Shown piece after piece: positions 1 to 9,441 of a stretch of DNA of 64,000 nt (positions are counted from its first letter, which is position 1; each line of letters opens with the position of its first letter). Source of the DNA: Thermodesulfovibrionales bacterium (GTDB taxonomy: Bacteria; Nitrospirota; Thermodesulfovibrionia; Thermodesulfovibrionales; SM23-35); the NCBI GenBank assembly GCA_049302065.1, contig JBAQLU010000241.1, positions 8,756 through 72,755 of the forward strand. Reading direction: 5' to 3'. Made by a program: the position numbers and the translations under genes. The notes beneath the pieces are model-generated. The model saw nothing but the letters and a program-made list of their open reading frames with translations, was not told the origin of the DNA and made no database searches.

Positions 1-644
1 TCTGCCAATACTTCATGACCATAGAGAAATAGAATTCTCTTGTTTGTATAGGCAAAGTCTATCCATTCCAGAATCTGTTCTATCGGGACATAATTCATTA
101 TATCAAGAGATTTTCCAGGAATTGAGCCATCATTTTTCTTATGATCAGTTATTGGGAAAGGATCATAATATCGGAAACTCTCAAACCTTTTCGATACCTC
201 ATTACTCAATTCTGTATTAAATGCATTAAAAGGGAATACAAGAGAACGAATAATGAGCCCCTGGGACTTCAATTCATCCACTGAAGCTTCCAATTCATCT
301 TTAATCCAAAGGGTTAACCCTTTATTGCGAACAAATTCGACAGCGTTAAAATGATGATACGTATGAGTACCTATTTCCCAACCGTATTTGTTCTGGAGAA
401 TGCGCAGATCTTCAAAATTGACATCCCGATTGTGAATCCTTTGATTGTTCACAAAAACTGTTGCGATACCGCCAGCGCGCTCCAATTCAGGAGCAATCGT
501 TTTGATCCAGCTGGGATATCCATCATCAAAACTTAATACGATGCCCCCCTGGCGTTCTTCAGCATAACCTAGGGGTGTGGCAGTTAGAAAAAATAGCAGC
601 ATAAGGAAAAAAGACCACATGAAACTTACTTTTCTATAACTCAT
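1..644 (-). CDS. Polysaccharide deacetylase (NodB/CE4 family), secreted; 5' end complete, 3' end beyond window edge
   Basis: Own minus-strand translation from ATG at 644-642: MSYRKVSFMWSFFLMLLFFLTATPLGYAEERQGGIVLSFDDGYPSW...GWEIGTHTYHHFN. It has a signal peptide and NodB-type motifs 'FDDGY' and 'HTYHH'. The start overlaps the stop of the upstream gene (ATGA). It is not in the ORF track because the frame is open to the window edge. Confidence 0.75.
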   Translation of the reverse strand, partial: MSYRKVSFMWSFFLMLLFFLTATPLGYAEERQGGIVLSFDDGYPSWIKTIAPELERAGGIATVFVNNQRIHNRDVNFEDLRILQNKYGWEIGTHTYHHFNAVEFVRNKGLTLWIKDELEASVDELKSQGLIIRSLVFPFNAFNTELSNEVSKRFESFRYYDPFPITDHKKNDGSIPGKSLDIMNYVPIEQILEWIDFAYTNKRILFLYGHEVLA

Positions 645-1684
645 CGATCTTTAACCGAAGTTTGTAAGTTTTTCAGAAATGCAAATAAGTTATCATCATT
701 CCCGCCAAGCCTCCAAATCATGATTGAACGAAAACCAGATTTATATGCAGCAGCCCATTTTGCCTGAATACTGTCTGTATCTTCGAACCATATTTCACTT
801 CCGCCTTCCAGATATGCATACGGAACACGGCTGAATATCTGTCTTCGATTTTGAATTGCATTGACTGATAATTTTTGGCCTGTAACCCAGTCCAATTGTT
901 TGACTTTACCATCGGATAACCACATGAAACCTCCGACAGCAATAGCTAATTCAGGCGCTGCATAAACATCACCTTTGCCGCGTTGCTTCAGTGACAATAT
1001 AAAGTCAGGGGTTGCACGTGGCCCGGGTTTAGAATGAGGGCCATGAAGGTTATATCCCATAACCGTCAAAGATACTGTTCGCGGTATCGGTAAAGGTCCT
1101 TTTTTAGGCTCCACAACCACATTGAAACCCAATCCGCTATCTTTCAGACCCTTACCCAGTTCTGTTATATAAACACGGAAATCTTCCTGATCTGATATTT
1201 CAAGTCCTTCATAGTCAAGATCAAGTCCTGCAAAACCGTCTTTCTTAACTTGTTCTACTAATTTTTGAATATGCTTCTTGCGATTATCCGTAGTTGTCAT
1301 TATTTTTCTCAGAATCTCTGAATTTTTCAGGAATACCTTATCAGCCACACGCATATCATTAACAACAGTAACCCATGGAGAAAAACCATTTTTTTGTGAA
1401 AGCGATAAAAATCGCGGCCTTATCTCATCAAAACCTGGAGCATATTGAGGAAAACCTTCTGCGTCCAGTTCGTATGCAAACATTGAGACACGTCTGAATA
1501 ATCCTTTATGTCTCTCCAGTTCTGCTAATCCCCGATCCCCATCCCAGTAAACTATCCAGGAACCAATATATTGTGGCGGAGGAACTTCTTTAACAGAAAT
1601 GCAGGATGAGGAGAAGATCATACTAAGTAAGATCCCAACAATACCGATTAATTTTTGTTTCATTAAACTATTTGATTTTTTCAT
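641..1684 (-). CDS. Glycoside hydrolase family 18-like lipoprotein
   Basis: 347 aa. N-terminal signal with lipobox-like 'FSSSC'. GH18 catalytic-type motif 'GFAGLDLDYEGL' (DxxDxDxE). Translationally coupled to the downstream deacetylase. Confidence 0.6.
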   Translation of the reverse strand: MKKSNSLMKQKLIGIVGILLSMIFSSSCISVKEVPPPQYIGSWIVYWDGDRGLAELERHKGLFRRVSMFAYELDAEGFPQYAPGFDEIRPRFLSLSQKNGFSPWVTVVNDMRVADKVFLKNSEILRKIMTTTDNRKKHIQKLVEQVKKDGFAGLDLDYEGLEISDQEDFRVYITELGKGLKDSGLGFNVVVEPKKGPLPIPRTVSLTVMGYNLHGPHSKPGPRATPDFILSLKQRGKGDVYAAPELAIAVGGFMWLSDGKVKQLDWVTGQKLSVNAIQNRRQIFSRVPYAYLEGGSEIWFEDTDSIQAKWAAAYKSGFRSIMIWRLGGNDDNLFAFLKNLQTSVKDR

Positions 1685-1744
1685 ATTGGTTTCATTCCAT
1701 TGATTTATAGATATATTTTAACTAAAAAGCAAGAATAAAAAGCT

Positions 1745-2458
1745 TTATGGGTTAGAAGAATTATCAGTCAACCTTCCGTCCACCATCTTGAGTATCCTGT
1801 GGCAGCGGCTTGAGAGCGATTCGTTGTGGGTGACGATCACGAAAGTGATGCCCTTTTCTTTATTCAGATCAATGAAGATTCTAAACAGTTCTTCACCGGT
1901 CGCTGTATCAAGATTTCCGGTAGGTTCATCTGCAAGCACTACTTTCGGCTCGAGTATCAATGCCCGTGCAACTGCAACTCTCTGCTGCTCCCCGCCTGAG
2001 AGTTCCCCGGGCCTGTGCTTTTTCCTTTCGGACAAACCCATCTCATCCAGAAGTCTTCCTGCTCTTTCAGATATTTCCTTATAGATTTGACCCTTGCCCC
2101 TTGAGCCTTGACTCATAGCTATCAGTCCGGGCATTATCACATTCTCAATGGCTGAAAATTCAGGGAGAAGGTGATGGAACTGAAAGACAAAGCCTATTGT
2201 TTTGTTTCTGAAAGTTGCAAGAGAATTCCTGTCGAGCGAAAAAACATCCGTGTTGCTGTAATAGAGGTTACCGGAAGTCGGCCTGTCCAGCGCCCCAAGT
2301 ATATGGAGCAGGGTGCTCTTACCCACACCTGATGCGCCTACTATCCCCACCATTTCTCCTTCTTTTATGGAGAGGGTTATGTCCTTCAGTACATGAAGCT
2401 CACCGGCATCCGTTATAAATACCTTCTTCAGGTCCTTTGTTTCAATTAAGCTCTTCAA
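1745..2458 (-). CDS. lolD: Lipoprotein-releasing system ATP-binding protein LolD (ABC ATPase)
   Basis: Walker A 'GASGVGKST', ABC signature 'LSGGEQQRVAVARAL', Walker B 'VVLADEPTGNLD'. A LolC/E-type permease lies upstream in the same orientation. Confidence 0.85.
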   Translation of the reverse strand: MKSLIETKDLKKVFITDAGELHVLKDITLSIKEGEMVGIVGASGVGKSTLLHILGALDRPTSGNLYYSNTDVFSLDRNSLATFRNKTIGFVFQFHHLLPEFSAIENVIMPGLIAMSQGSRGKGQIYKEISERAGRLLDEMGLSERKKHRPGELSGGEQQRVAVARALILEPKVVLADEPTGNLDTATGEELFRIFIDLNKEKGITFVIVTHNESLSSRCHRILKMVDGRLTDNSSNP

Positions 2459-2469
2459 TACATATCCTC

Positions 2470-2754
2470 TTACTTTTCAGTTTTTGTACCTGTAATATCC
2501 TTTATTTTTTCTCCTGTCTTCCTGATACCTTCCCCAACTTTTTTTGTAGTTTCTTTCATATCTTCTGCTTTTATTTTTATCTTCTCGGCCTCTTCGCCTA
2601 CTTCCTCGCTCTTCTTTTTAAGAACTTCTCCTGCCTGTTCCGACTTCTGGCCAAACCATCTGAAAGGCTTCCCCCCCTGCCATAATGAAAGGGCAAGGAA
2701 AACAATCGCAGCAAGGATAGCGATCCCTATAAGTCGTCTTACGAGTTTAAACAT
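2470..2754 (-). CDS. Small membrane-anchored Lys/Glu-rich hypothetical protein
   Basis: 94 aa. It has one N-terminal TM helix (LIGIAILAAIVFLALSLW) and then a charged K/E-rich tail. It sits 11 nt upstream of lolD on the same strand. No recognisable family. Confidence 0.45.
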   Translation of the reverse strand: MFKLVRRLIGIAILAAIVFLALSLWQGGKPFRWFGQKSEQAGEVLKKKSEEVGEEAEKIKIKAEDMKETTKKVGEGIRKTGEKIKDITGTKTEK

Positions 2755-2817
2755 ATGTAATAATCCCTCTTATAATCAATATGTCCTTTATATACAACAT
2801 GTCATTCACCATTTAGT

Positions 2818-2945
2818 GTCTGTGTATAAACTATTAAACACCCTCACCCTTACCCTCTCCCCTCAAGGGAGAGGGTAGTAAAATCGCCCCTCCCTTGAGG
2901 GGAGGGGTTGGGGAGGGTATTAAAATATTTATTTTATACACAGAC
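2818..2945. repeat. Family-B G/C-run palindromic repeat element with 13-bp terminal inverted repeats
   Basis: Terminal inverted repeats are gtctgtgtataaa (2818-2830) and tttatacacagac (2933-2945). Internal hairpins are ccctctcccctcaagggagaggg and cccctcccttgaggggagggg. The second hairpin recurs exactly at 60731-60751. Confidence 0.75.
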
Positions 2946-2986
2946 TTTATTTAGAGTTCGCCCATAAACTATGTTTTACGTAATCC

Positions 2987-3123
2987 GTCATTCCCCGACT
3001 TGATCGGTCTCCTCGGCGACTCGCCTGGGGCGAGGAATCCAGTCTTTTGAATAGGTTATAGATCCCCCGGTCAAGTTTACCCGCCTTCGGCGGCGCCAGA
3101 GGCGACCAGGGCCGGAGGATGAC
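2987..3123. repeat. Family-A MITE-like palindromic repeat (GTCATTCC...GGATGAC), long variant
   Basis: Termini are gtcattcc / ggaggatgac with nested hairpins. Its 'aatccag...ggttatagatcccccggtcaag' core is the same as in copy 21232-21296. The 60-aa ORF 2947..3129 is only its translation. Confidence 0.8.
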
Positions 3124-3186
3124 AAGCACTGAATATATAAACAGACACTATTTACTATTCACGTTTCACAATTCACGATTTGTAAT

Positions 3187-4428
3187 TTACTCATACCTCA
3201 GCGGCTCCACCGGATTCATCTTCGCAGCCTGCCATGCCGGGTAAATAGTCGCAAGGAAACTGATGATGACCGCAGAGAGGGATACAGTTACAAAATCAAT
3301 AAATTTTGTCTTAACAGGCAGATGGCTCAGATAATATACATCAGCCGGCAGTTTGATAATCTCGTATGTATTTAAGATATAGCATAAGAGATATCCTCCG
3401 GTCACCCCGATAATCGTCCCGACTACGCCTATAAACAGTCCCTGCAGCATAAAGATGTTCATGATGCCTCTGTCCGTTGCTCCCATCGCCTTAAGAATGG
3501 CTATCTCTCTCTTCTTCTCCATGACATTCATAATTAATGTGCTCACAATATTCAATGACGCAACAAGGATTATAAGGATTAAGATGATAAACATGGCGAA
3601 CTTTTCGAGTTTCAGGGCTGAAAACAGGTTCCTGTTCATCTGCATCCAGTCTTTTGCATAGAGAGGGAAGGCTAATTCCTTCTGTATTCTCTCCCTGACA
3701 AGAGAGGCCTTATAAATATCAGCGAGCCTGAGCTGAATTCCTGTTATATCCTGTTTCATGTCAAAAAATTCCTGGGCTGCACCGATATCAGTCAAAACAA
3801 GATTTGAATCGTACTCGAACATCCCGACCTCAAATATCCCCACAACCCTGAACTGTTTGATTTTTGGGAGCATTCCCAAAGGGCCTATTTTGCCGACAGG
3901 AGACAGAATATTAATGACATCCCCCTGAAAAGCCCCCAAACTGCCTGCGAGTTCCTTGCCAAGTATTATGCCGGGCATTTTATCTCCTGAAGTCAGTTTT
4001 GCGAGAGTGCCTTCTTTCATGAACTTTCCTATCTCTGTTGTCTTAATCTCTGTTTCAGGGTTAATCCCCCGCAAATAGACCCCGTGTGCCCTTTTGCCAT
4101 ATGCCACCATCACCTGCCCCAATATGAAAGGCGCAGATGCAATAATATCCTTGTCATTTTTCAAGCCTTCGTTCACATCTTTATAGTCTGATATTATCCC
4201 CTTGTAGCTGATAATAACCATATGCGCGTTCACTCCGAGAATCTTCTTCTGCAAATCTTCATGAAACCCGCTCATTACTGACAGTACAACGAGCAGCGCC
4301 ATTACGCCAACTGCAACCCCCCCGACAGATATTAATGTATTAACAGAAATACCCTTATGCTTTTTCTTGGACCTGAGGTATCTGAATGCTATAAATAATT
4401 GATATGGGAGGTTCATTGTAATGTTCAA
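3187..4428 (-). CDS. Lipoprotein-releasing system permease, LolC/LolE family (MacB-like periplasmic domain + FtsX domain)
   Basis: 413 aa. N-terminus 'FIAFRYLRSKKKH' is typical of LolC/E. It has four predicted TM segments with a large periplasmic loop, and is adjacent to lolD. Confidence 0.85.
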   Translation of the reverse strand: MNITMNLPYQLFIAFRYLRSKKKHKGISVNTLISVGGVAVGVMALLVVLSVMSGFHEDLQKKILGVNAHMVIISYKGIISDYKDVNEGLKNDKDIIASAPFILGQVMVAYGKRAHGVYLRGINPETEIKTTEIGKFMKEGTLAKLTSGDKMPGIILGKELAGSLGAFQGDVINILSPVGKIGPLGMLPKIKQFRVVGIFEVGMFEYDSNLVLTDIGAAQEFFDMKQDITGIQLRLADIYKASLVRERIQKELAFPLYAKDWMQMNRNLFSALKLEKFAMFIILILIILVASLNIVSTLIMNVMEKKREIAILKAMGATDRGIMNIFMLQGLFIGVVGTIIGVTGGYLLCYILNTYEIIKLPADVYYLSHLPVKTKFIDFVTVSLSAVIISFLATIYPAWQAAKMNPVEPLRYE

Positions 4429-4587
4429 CTGACAGATGCAGATGTTGTGAATAAATTTATTTTTTGATACCTTAGTGTACCTTTAACTGATGAGTATCGG
4501 AATATTTTAAGTGGATTGGACAAATAAAGACACTTAAAATAATTTATCAAGTTAAATAAATTTATGAATAATGTCTGCATCGTAAAA

Positions 4588-6063
4588 TCATTGCTCTGGT
4601 TTCAATTGCGGGAAGAGTATTACATCTCTGATAGACTGTGAGTTTGTGAGCAGCATAACAAGCCTGTCAATTCCAATGCCCTCCCCTGCTGCAGGCGGCA
4701 TTCCGTATTCCAGTGCCCTGACAAAATCCTCATCCATGCTCTGAGCCTCCTCATCGCCGCCGGCCTTTGCCTCAACCTGCTTCAGGAATCTCTCCCTCTG
4801 ATCCATGGGGTCATTCAGCTCGGAAAATGCATTTACAATCTCTCTTGATGTAACAAAGAGTTCGAACCTTTCAACGAGTGCAGGGTTGTCAGCCTTTCTC
4901 TTGGCCAATGGTGACAGTTCAACAGGATGGTCAATAATAAATGTAGGCTGGATAAGTTCAGCCTCAACTTTCTCCTTGAATATCTCATCAAGGATTTTTC
5001 CAAGGGATGCGCCCTTCTCTATCACTATTTTATTTGACTTTGCCCATGCGCCTGCCTTCTCGCTGTCATCGAATATATCATCAGGAACACCCTTTCGAAT
5101 TAATGCCTCAAGCATCGGTATCCTTGGCCAGGGAGGCGTCAAATCAATGATATCATCTCCATATGGCACTTTTAATGTTCCGAGAGTTTTTTCAGCAATA
5201 TTTGTAATAAGCTCCTCAGTTAATGACATGAGGAAATTATAATCTCTGTAAGCAATATAGAATTCGAGCATCGTAAACTCAGGGTTATGCTTTGTTGATA
5301 TGCCTTCATTCCTGAAATTCCTGTTGAGCTCGTATACCCTCTCGTATCCGCCAACGAGAAGCCTTTTTAAATAAAGCTCCGGGGCAATCCTGAGATAAAG
5401 GTCTGCATCGAGTGCATTATGATGTGTCTTGAAAGGTCTCGCAGTTGCACCACCGGGAATCGGCTGCATCATAGGGGTCTCTACTTCAATAAAACCTTTT
5501 GATTCAAGAAAGTCTCTTGTGGCCTTAATGATAATGCTTCTCTTTACAAATGCCTGTTTAACCTCGGGGTTAACGATCAAATCAACATATCTCTGTCTGT
5601 ATCGTGTCTCGATATCCTTCAATCCATGCCATTTCTCAGGCAAAGGCCTGAGCGATTTTGTAAGCAAAACCATATCATCAACCTCAACAGTAAGCTCGTT
5701 GGTTTTCGTCCTGAAGAGTTTTCCCTTCAAGCCGATAATATCCCCAATATCAAGTTTTTTGACAATAGAATATTTTTCATTCAGGATGTCTTTTCTTAAA
5801 TAAACCTGTATCCTGCCTGTAGCATCCTGAATATGCGCAAAGGCGGCCTTGCCAAAATTCCTCATGGCAACAATCCTGCCTGCAAGAGAAGCGGCAACAG
5901 GCTCAGCCTCAAGGGTTTCTTTTGATACTGCGCTGAACTTATCATGAAGGTCAGTTGCATGATCTTCAGCATAAAATGAACCGCCAAACGGTTCTACGCC
6001 TGACTGCCGCAGTTCCTCAAGTTTCCTTATACGCTGTTCTATGAGTTCGTTAATATCTTCCAT
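4588..6063 (-). CDS. lysS: Lysine--tRNA ligase (class II)
   Basis: 491 aa. N-terminal OB-fold region, class II motifs 'FRNEGIS' and 'GIGIDRLVMLL', and full-length colinearity with LysS. Confidence 0.95.
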   Translation of the reverse strand: MEDINELIEQRIRKLEELRQSGVEPFGGSFYAEDHATDLHDKFSAVSKETLEAEPVAASLAGRIVAMRNFGKAAFAHIQDATGRIQVYLRKDILNEKYSIVKKLDIGDIIGLKGKLFRTKTNELTVEVDDMVLLTKSLRPLPEKWHGLKDIETRYRQRYVDLIVNPEVKQAFVKRSIIIKATRDFLESKGFIEVETPMMQPIPGGATARPFKTHHNALDADLYLRIAPELYLKRLLVGGYERVYELNRNFRNEGISTKHNPEFTMLEFYIAYRDYNFLMSLTEELITNIAEKTLGTLKVPYGDDIIDLTPPWPRIPMLEALIRKGVPDDIFDDSEKAGAWAKSNKIVIEKGASLGKILDEIFKEKVEAELIQPTFIIDHPVELSPLAKRKADNPALVERFELFVTSREIVNAFSELNDPMDQRERFLKQVEAKAGGDEEAQSMDEDFVRALEYGMPPAAGEGIGIDRLVMLLTNSQSIRDVILFPQLKPEQ

Positions 6064-6210
6064 GGTTTTAAATTAAAGTAAAATTATAATGATTAGTTTC
6101 TTGTGAAGTCAATTGCAAGCGCTCAATAGCAGATAGAAAGTTTTTTTCATTCTCTACATAACGACATAAATCTTTTCGCATCGCAAGGAGTACTTGTCCC
6201 CCATAAAACT

Positions 6211-6275
6211 GTCATTCCGGCTTGTCCGGAATCTTTCCGGAAGGATTCCCGACGCGTTTCTCTTGCGGGAATGAC
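6211..6275. repeat. Family-A MITE-like palindromic repeat
   Basis: gtcattccggcttgtccggaatctttccggaaggattcccgacgcgtttctcttgcgggaatgac. It has terminal inverted repeats and two internal hairpins. Confidence 0.85.
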
Positions 6276-6332
6276 AATAATGCGATATTATTTATGACGC
6301 TATGTATAATTTCCCCTTCTATAAGGATCACT

Positions 6333-7340
6333 TCACTTCTTTTTTACTGCCATGTTTTCGAGTATCTCAAGTTTTGATGTTTCTCCTACTGCTATCAGTG
6401 TGTCACCTGCTTCTATAATAGTCCGAAACGTCGGATTGAATTTCATCTCTCCGCCCCTCTCCTTTATGGCAACAACAATAATTCCGAGGTCTCTGCCTAT
6501 ACCACAGTGATCTAATGAATTCCCTACAAGGTCAGAACCTTCCTGAATAGTTATTTCCTCTATCTGCAAATCTATATTACCGCTTTTTGTGGCGAACTCT
6601 ATGAAATCAACCACCGCGGGTTTAAGGACACTATGAGCCATACGTAATCCACCGATGTGATATGGTGATACCACACGGTCTGCACCTGCCCTGAGAAGCT
6701 TCTGTTCTGACCCCTCTTCGCCGGCCCTCGCGACAATCAACAAATCCGGCTTCAACCCCCTGGCGCTTAAAACAACATAAAGGTTTTCTGCATCAGTAGG
6801 CAGAACCGAAATCAGACACTTCGCCCTTTCTATCCCTACCCTTTTCAAAAGTTCATCTTTGGTTGCATCTCCCTGGATTATTAAGAATTCCTCTTTATCA
6901 TCTGAATCCAGCAGGACTTCATTCTTTTCAATAACAGCAAATTTTAGTTTTCCATGCTTCAGTTCCCTTGCTATTATTTTTCCCATCCTGCCATATCCGC
7001 ATACAATATAATGATCCCTTAAATCCCTTAGTTTCTTTTCCAATCTCTTCCTCCCGTAAATTTCCTGCAATTCACCTTCCAAAATAAACTTTGCGCCTGT
7101 GCTCAGGGCATAGAGCACAGTCCCCACTCCTCCAATTAACAGCACAACGGTAAATATTTGACCGTTAAAAGATAAATCATGGATCTCCCTGTAACCGACT
7201 GTTGTAAGGGTTATGACAGTCATGTAGAAGGAGTCCCAGAAACCCCACCCTTCGATGCTCACGTACCCTATCGTGCCAAACCCGATGACAACGACTATAA
7301 GTCCAATTACAAGTACCATTTTTTTTCTGAAATCTTCCAC
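6333..7340 (-). CDS. Two-TM K+-channel-like protein with cytoplasmic RCK (TrkA-N/TrkA-C) domains; non-canonical filter TVGYRE
   Basis: 335 aa. The pore-loop sequence is 'TLTTVGYREI', followed by a Rossmann-type 'IVCGYGRMG' (TrkA-N) and a C-terminal TrkA-C-like region. Confidence 0.8.
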   Translation of the reverse strand: MEDFRKKMVLVIGLIVVVIGFGTIGYVSIEGWGFWDSFYMTVITLTTVGYREIHDLSFNGQIFTVVLLIGGVGTVLYALSTGAKFILEGELQEIYGRKRLEKKLRDLRDHYIVCGYGRMGKIIARELKHGKLKFAVIEKNEVLLDSDDKEEFLIIQGDATKDELLKRVGIERAKCLISVLPTDAENLYVVLSARGLKPDLLIVARAGEEGSEQKLLRAGADRVVSPYHIGGLRMAHSVLKPAVVDFIEFATKSGNIDLQIEEITIQEGSDLVGNSLDHCGIGRDLGIIVVAIKERGGEMKFNPTFRTIIEAGDTLIAVGETSKLEILENMAVKKK

Positions 7341-7474
7341 AGATTGATAACTCCTCTTAAACTTTTTACGCTTTACACTTTGCTGTATTAATTATACCTA
7401 AATCGCTCAACTTAGACTTAATTTACATATAATAGTAAAATATCCATTGTTCATACAAAATCTAAGGAGGTAAA

Positions 7475-8518
7475 ATGGATATTAAATTAACAAGTCTTTC
7501 AAGCTGCTCCGGTTGAGCTTCAAAATTCAGTCCTTCGGACCTGCTCCAGGTGCTGGGGCAGCTACCTCCAATTACTGACAGGAATGTACTCGTTGGTTCA
7601 TCCAATTCAGATGATGCAGGTGTCTACCGCATTACAGATGAGATAGCAGTTGTCTTAACAGCGGATTTTTTCACACCGATTGTTGACGACCCTTACTGGT
7701 ATGGTGCGATTGCCGCAGCAAATTCACTTTCTGATGTATACGCAATGGGCAGCAGACCATTAGTTGCATTAAATATTGCCATGTTTCCAAATCAGACTGA
7801 GTTTTTCCCTTACCTGAAGAAAATAATGCAGGGCGGGATCGATAAGATGACCGAGGCAGGTGTAACAATCATCGGGGGACATACGATCAGAGATAAAGAG
7901 CCGAAATTTGGTTTCTCAGTCTTTGGTGTTATTCATCCTGACAGGATCCTTGATAATACCAAGGCCCGTCCAGGAGACGCCCTGATACTCACGAAAAAGA
8001 TAGGCACAGGTATTCTTTCTACAGGGATTAAGGCAAACATGTGCAGTGAAGCCACCATAGAAGAATTCACGCTTTCTATGGCTTCTTTGAATAAAAAAGC
8101 CGGAGAGACCATGCTTGAAGTCGGCGTGAGCACGGCAACAGACATAACAGGATTCGGCCTCATAGGACATCTGCACGAAGTCCTTTCTGCGAGCAATCTG
8201 AGCGCACGTCTTTATACAAGCAATGTGCCTTTCTTTGTTGATGCAGTGAGACTGGCAGAATTGAATAAAGTGCCCGGCGGTTCAAGGGCTAACTGCAGAT
8301 GTTTCGAACAATATGTAAAATGGCGCGAGGCTGTATCAGATACAGAAAAATTATTATTGAATGATGCGCAGACATCAGGCGGTCTCCTGATATTTGTTCC
8401 AAAGGAAAAAAAGGATACGCTTGTTTCCGCACTCCAGAAAGAAGGCATCTTAGCTGCACATATCGGCGATATTATCAGCGAAGGCTCAGAAGACACTAAA
8501 CGTATATTCGTAGACTGA
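7475..8518 (+). CDS. selD: Selenide, water dikinase (selenophosphate synthetase) with in-frame UGA selenocysteine
   Basis: RBS aaggagg (7464-7470), then ATG at 7475. Translation reads MDIKLTSLSSCSG-U(TGA 7514-7516)-ASKFSPSDLLQVLGQLPP... and is in frame with ORF 7550..8518. The U-x-x-K spacing matches the Cys17/Lys20 loop of E. coli SelD. The rest is the AIR-synthase-like SelD fold. Confidence 0.85.
7529..7561 (+). promoter_or_regulatory. Candidate bacterial SECIS hairpin(s) downstream of the selD UGA
   Basis: Hairpin ctgctcc-aggtgct-ggggcag (7541-7561) has a 7-bp stem and a GGU-containing loop, starting 24 nt after the UGA. A smaller bulged hairpin cagtcc-ttc-ggacctg lies at 7529-7544. Both were folded by eye only. 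Confidence 0.35.
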
Positions 8519-8521
8519 TAC

Positions 8522-9298
8522 ATGCCACTCTTTTATATCTTCCTTTTTTGTGCAGGCTCAATAGGCGGTTTTTTCTCAGGCCTGTTAGGTATCGGGGGTG
8601 GGATTATCATGTTCCCCATTTTATTCTATATCCCTACGCTATTCGGGTTTGATGCGATTGGGGTAAAAAACATTACCGGACTCACCATGGTTCAGGGTTT
8701 TTTTGCATCCCTTTCTGCGATTCTTTTTTATAAGAAAGAAAACCTTGTGAACAAAAGTCTCGCATTGACCCTTGGACTTTCTCTCTTTCTTTCCTCATTG
8801 ATTGGCTCTATCATTTCTAAAGGAGTCTCAGACAGGTATCTCTTGTTCATCTTTGGCATACTGTCTTTTGTCGCTTCAATTCTGATGTTTATGCCGCGCA
8901 GTTATCTGAAAGATGACCTGACCGAAGATAAGATTGCCTTCCATAAACCCGCTGCGATCATTACAGGCATTATCATCGGCTTTCTTCTCGGAATGGTCGG
9001 ACAGGGCGGGGCTTTCATTCTTATTCCTATACTTCTGTATGGACTGAAAATCCCTCTCAGAGTTGCCCTCGGGAGCACTCTTGCAATCGGTCTTTTCTCT
9101 GCCACAGCCGGATTGATAGGGAAGGTCGCAACCGGGCAGGTACCATTTTACATGGCGCTCGCACTTCTGCTTGGCGCCATTCCCTCAGCACGATTAGGAA
9201 GCATGGTGAGCAGAAACACAAAATCGCAGTCTCTCAGATGGATTCTGGCGTTCATTATCTCTGTAACTGCAATTAAAGTTTGGTACGACATATTTTAG
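8522..9298 (+). CDS. TauE/SafE (DUF81) family anion permease
   Basis: 258 aa, polytopic, with Gly-rich TM helices ('GLLGIGGGIIMFPIL', 'GMVGQGGAFILIPILL') in a two-fold internal repeat. It starts 3 nt after the selD stop. Confidence 0.8.
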   Translation: MPLFYIFLFCAGSIGGFFSGLLGIGGGIIMFPILFYIPTLFGFDAIGVKNITGLTMVQGFFASLSAILFYKKENLVNKSLALTLGLSLFLSSLIGSIISKGVSDRYLLFIFGILSFVASILMFMPRSYLKDDLTEDKIAFHKPAAIITGIIIGFLLGMVGQGGAFILIPILLYGLKIPLRVALGSTLAIGLFSATAGLIGKVATGQVPFYMALALLLGAIPSARLGSMVSRNTKSQSLRWILAFIISVTAIKVWYDIF

Positions 9299-9332
9299 AC
9301 ACTCAGTCGGTAATGGGTAGGGCTACATATAT

Positions 9333-9396
9333 GTCATTCCCGCTTGTCGGGAATCTTTCTGAAAAACCAGAAGGATTGCGGACAAGCCGCAATGAC
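9333..9396. repeat. Family-A MITE-like palindromic repeat
   Basis: gtcattcccgcttgtcgggaatctttctgaaaaaccagaaggattgcggacaagccgcaatgac. Confidence 0.85.
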
Positions 9397-9441
9397 ATCA
9401 AGCATAAGGAATATCTTCTTACTAAGAATTGCATAATCAAA

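Noticed and set aside
2947-3129. 60-aa ORF (also 9280..9492, 20978..21226, 59794..60051 and 60562..60810) that looks like small proteins
   Set aside because: These ORFs are translations of family-A/B palindromic repeats. They have no RBS, and their sequences recur as DNA repeats in either orientation.
4805-5242. Long antisense ORFs inside lysS, dinG (21770..22354), the nucleotidase (41635..42096, 42757..43245), typA, the KS genes and others
   Set aside because: Each lies opposite a gene with strong family motifs. They are Ser/Leu/Ile-rich, as is typical of shadow frames.
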